Source: Bacteroidota bacterium (GTDB lineage: Bacteria; Bacteroidota; Bacteroidia; Bacteroidales; VadinHA17). Taken from it: a DNA stretch of 54,939 bases. The DNA lies in NCBI GenBank assembly GCA_015222065.1, contig JADFUQ010000311.1:1-54939 (forward strand). Direction: 5' to 3'. Below the pieces are notes generated by a model that saw only the letters and a program-made list of their open reading frames with translations, had not been told where the DNA came from and did no database searches. A program made the translations under genes and the position numbers. Below are positions 53,420-54,939 of the stretch, piece after piece; the stretch's first letter is position 1; each line of letters starts with the position of its first letter.

Positions 53420-54841
53420 TTAAATAGAAGTTTCCTGAGCTGTCTTTTTTATCCTTTCCCAGGCATTTTTAACATGTTTTTCGGTTACATATGTTTGCGA
53501 AACAACCATTCTGATGACAAAATTACCTTTAATTTTTGTATGGGTAAGGTACAATTTCCCCGATTTGTTAAGTTTGTTGAGAAGCGTTTCATTTAAATTA
53601 TTCAGATCTTGTGATTTAATGGTATTATTGGGATTAAATCTAAAACAGACCGTATTTAATGTAACCGGTGCCATCAATTCAAAAAATCTTTCTTCTTCAA
53701 TACTCTTTTTCAGCCATTGAGCCAAAGAAACATGAAACCGGATTTTTTCCTGTAATCCTTTTACGCCGAAACTCCGGATAACGAACCATAATTTCAGCCC
53801 CCTGAATCTTCGTCCGAGAGGGACCCCCCAGTCGCGGTAATCATTTACTTTACCCCTGGTTTTTGTTTTCAAATATTCAGGAAGTATTTCAAATGTTTTC
53901 AGTAGTGTTTCTTTCTCTTTAACGAAATAGGCTGAACAGTCGAAATTGGTAAACATCCATTTATGCGGGTTAAAAACAAAACTGTCTGCCTGTTCAATAC
54001 CGTCAATCATCCACCGGAATTCAGGAAGTAACAAAGCTGTTCCTGCAAGTGCAGCATCAACATGAAGCCAGAGATTATGTGCTTTACATATCCGACTTAC
54101 CTCTTTCATGGGGTCAATAGCAGTTGTGCCTGTTGTTCCAATGGTGGCCACAACACACATCGGGTGATACCCTTTTTTAAGATCATTCATAACAGACAGT
54201 TCCAATTTTTCCTGATCAATTCTTAATTTATCATCAGTCTCTACTTTAACAAGGTTTTCTTTTCCAAGTCCGGCAATTTTTACTGCCTTCTCAATTGACG
54301 AATGGGCTTCGGTGGAGCAATATACCCTCAATCTGTTTTCTTTTCTTAAACCGGCTTTATTTACCCTGTAGCGGGTTGTTTTTTCCCGGGCAGTAAGCAG
54401 GGCTGCCAGTGTTGAGGCAGAGGCAGTATCCTGAATAACACCTTCAAAAAATGCTGGCAGCCCGATCATTTCTTTGAGCCAGTTCATTACTCTTTCCTCA
54501 AGCTCTGCCGCAGCAGGTGATGTTTCCCAAATCATACATTGAGCACCGATTGTTGCAGTTAACATTTCTGCCAACACTGACGGATAGCTTGAATTTGCAG
54601 GGAAATAGGCAAAAAAATTGGGACTTTGCCAATGAGTAATTCCGGGCATAACAATTTGCTCAAAATCCTTCATTATTTCGTACATAGATTCACCTGCCTG
54701 TGGTGGTTTACCAGGAAGATTATTGTAAATATCTCCCGGTAGAACATTGGATTTTACAGGATAAGCGTCAACTTTTTCCAGGTAATCAGCCATCCAGTCG
54801 GCAAATTCATGAGCATGTTTTCTGAATTCTTTTACATCCAT
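53420..54841 (-). CDS. PLP-dependent aromatic-L-amino-acid / tyrosine decarboxylase family (group II)
   Basis: PLP-lysine motif SFVFNPHKWMF and N-terminal FRKHAHEFADWMADYLE. ATG at 54841 (MDVKEF) is preferred over the TTG at 54880. Confidence 0.85.
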   Translation of the reverse strand: MDVKEFRKHAHEFADWMADYLEKVDAYPVKSNVLPGDIYNNLPGKPPQAGESMYEIMKDFEQIVMPGITHWQSPNFFAYFPANSSYPSVLAEMLTATIGAQCMIWETSPAAAELEERVMNWLKEMIGLPAFFEGVIQDTASASTLAALLTAREKTTRYRVNKAGLRKENRLRVYCSTEAHSSIEKAVKIAGLGKENLVKVETDDKLRIDQEKLELSVMNDLKKGYHPMCVVATIGTTGTTAIDPMKEVSRICKAHNLWLHVDAALAGTALLLPEFRWMIDGIEQADSFVFNPHKWMFTNFDCSAYFVKEKETLLKTFEILPEYLKTKTRGKVNDYRDWGVPLGRRFRGLKLWFVIRSFGVKGLQEKIRFHVSLAQWLKKSIEEERFFELMAPVTLNTVCFRFNPNNTIKSQDLNNLNETLLNKLNKSGKLYLTHTKIKGNFVIRMVVSQTYVTEKHVKNAWERIKKTAQETSI

Positions 54842-54880
54842 AATAAGTAATTTTTTATTGTATTTATGGAATGGATACAA

Positions 54881-54939
54881 GATAAAAAGATAAAAGTAAA
54901 AAGATAAAAGTAAAAAGATAAGTAAAGAGATAAAAGTAA
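54881..54939. repeat. C-poor AAAGATAAAAG word array (runs off window)
   Basis: gataaaaagataaaagtaaaaagataaaagtaaaaagataagtaaagagataaaagtaa. Same words as 35545-35590. Confidence 0.8.

Noticed and set aside
1-54939. tRNA, rRNA, tmRNA, transposase, integrase, prophage, toxin-antitoxin or known defence-system genes
   Set aside because: No T-arm-like GGTTCGAATCC-type sequences or rRNA-like GC-rich blocks were seen by eye. All large ORFs are accounted for by housekeeping or conserved hypothetical families. A proper tRNAscan or Infernal run is still advisable.

Overview
AT-rich, gene-dense window that looks like a Bacteroidota chromosome. The evidence is DUF4292 and DUF4271 genes, a CcsBA fusion, a dut-TPR-DUF4292-M23 cluster, TAnnTTTG-type -7 boxes and no Shine-Dalgarno sequences. 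I call 44 protein genes, almost all housekeeping: lgt, hemW, rpiB, nadA, ruvB, pheS, dut, ybeY, mnmG, ade, uvrC, ispB, queD, polA, ctp, yidD, rnpA, hemD, deoC, dtd, a PPi-type phosphofructokinase, ccsBA, and an aromatic amino acid decarboxylase. I found no rRNA, tRNA, CRISPR array, transposase, integrase, phage gene or recognisable defence gene. The unusual content is non-coding. Nearly every intergenic spacer is built from degenerate 7-9 nt words that almost completely lack C or G. These words come from a shared vocabulary, recur in a shared order, and follow a fixed C-poor arm then G-poor arm layout that is its own reverse complement. Several structured repeat families sit inside these spacers. 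One is a 180-210 bp TIR element upstream of two genes, with an internal segment inverted between the copies. Others are GTGAAAT/CCACGTGG hairpin elements, a roughly 90 bp promoter-like element present twice, and twin GTTCCACGTGGAAC palindromes in front of ade. The most unusual coding feature is a 1398-aa cytoplasmic protein that fuses a GT4-type glycosyltransferase to a C-terminal phosphodiester-glycosidase-like domain. A stand-alone paralogous GT4 gene lies nearby. All functional calls come from reading the translations by eye; no searches were run.
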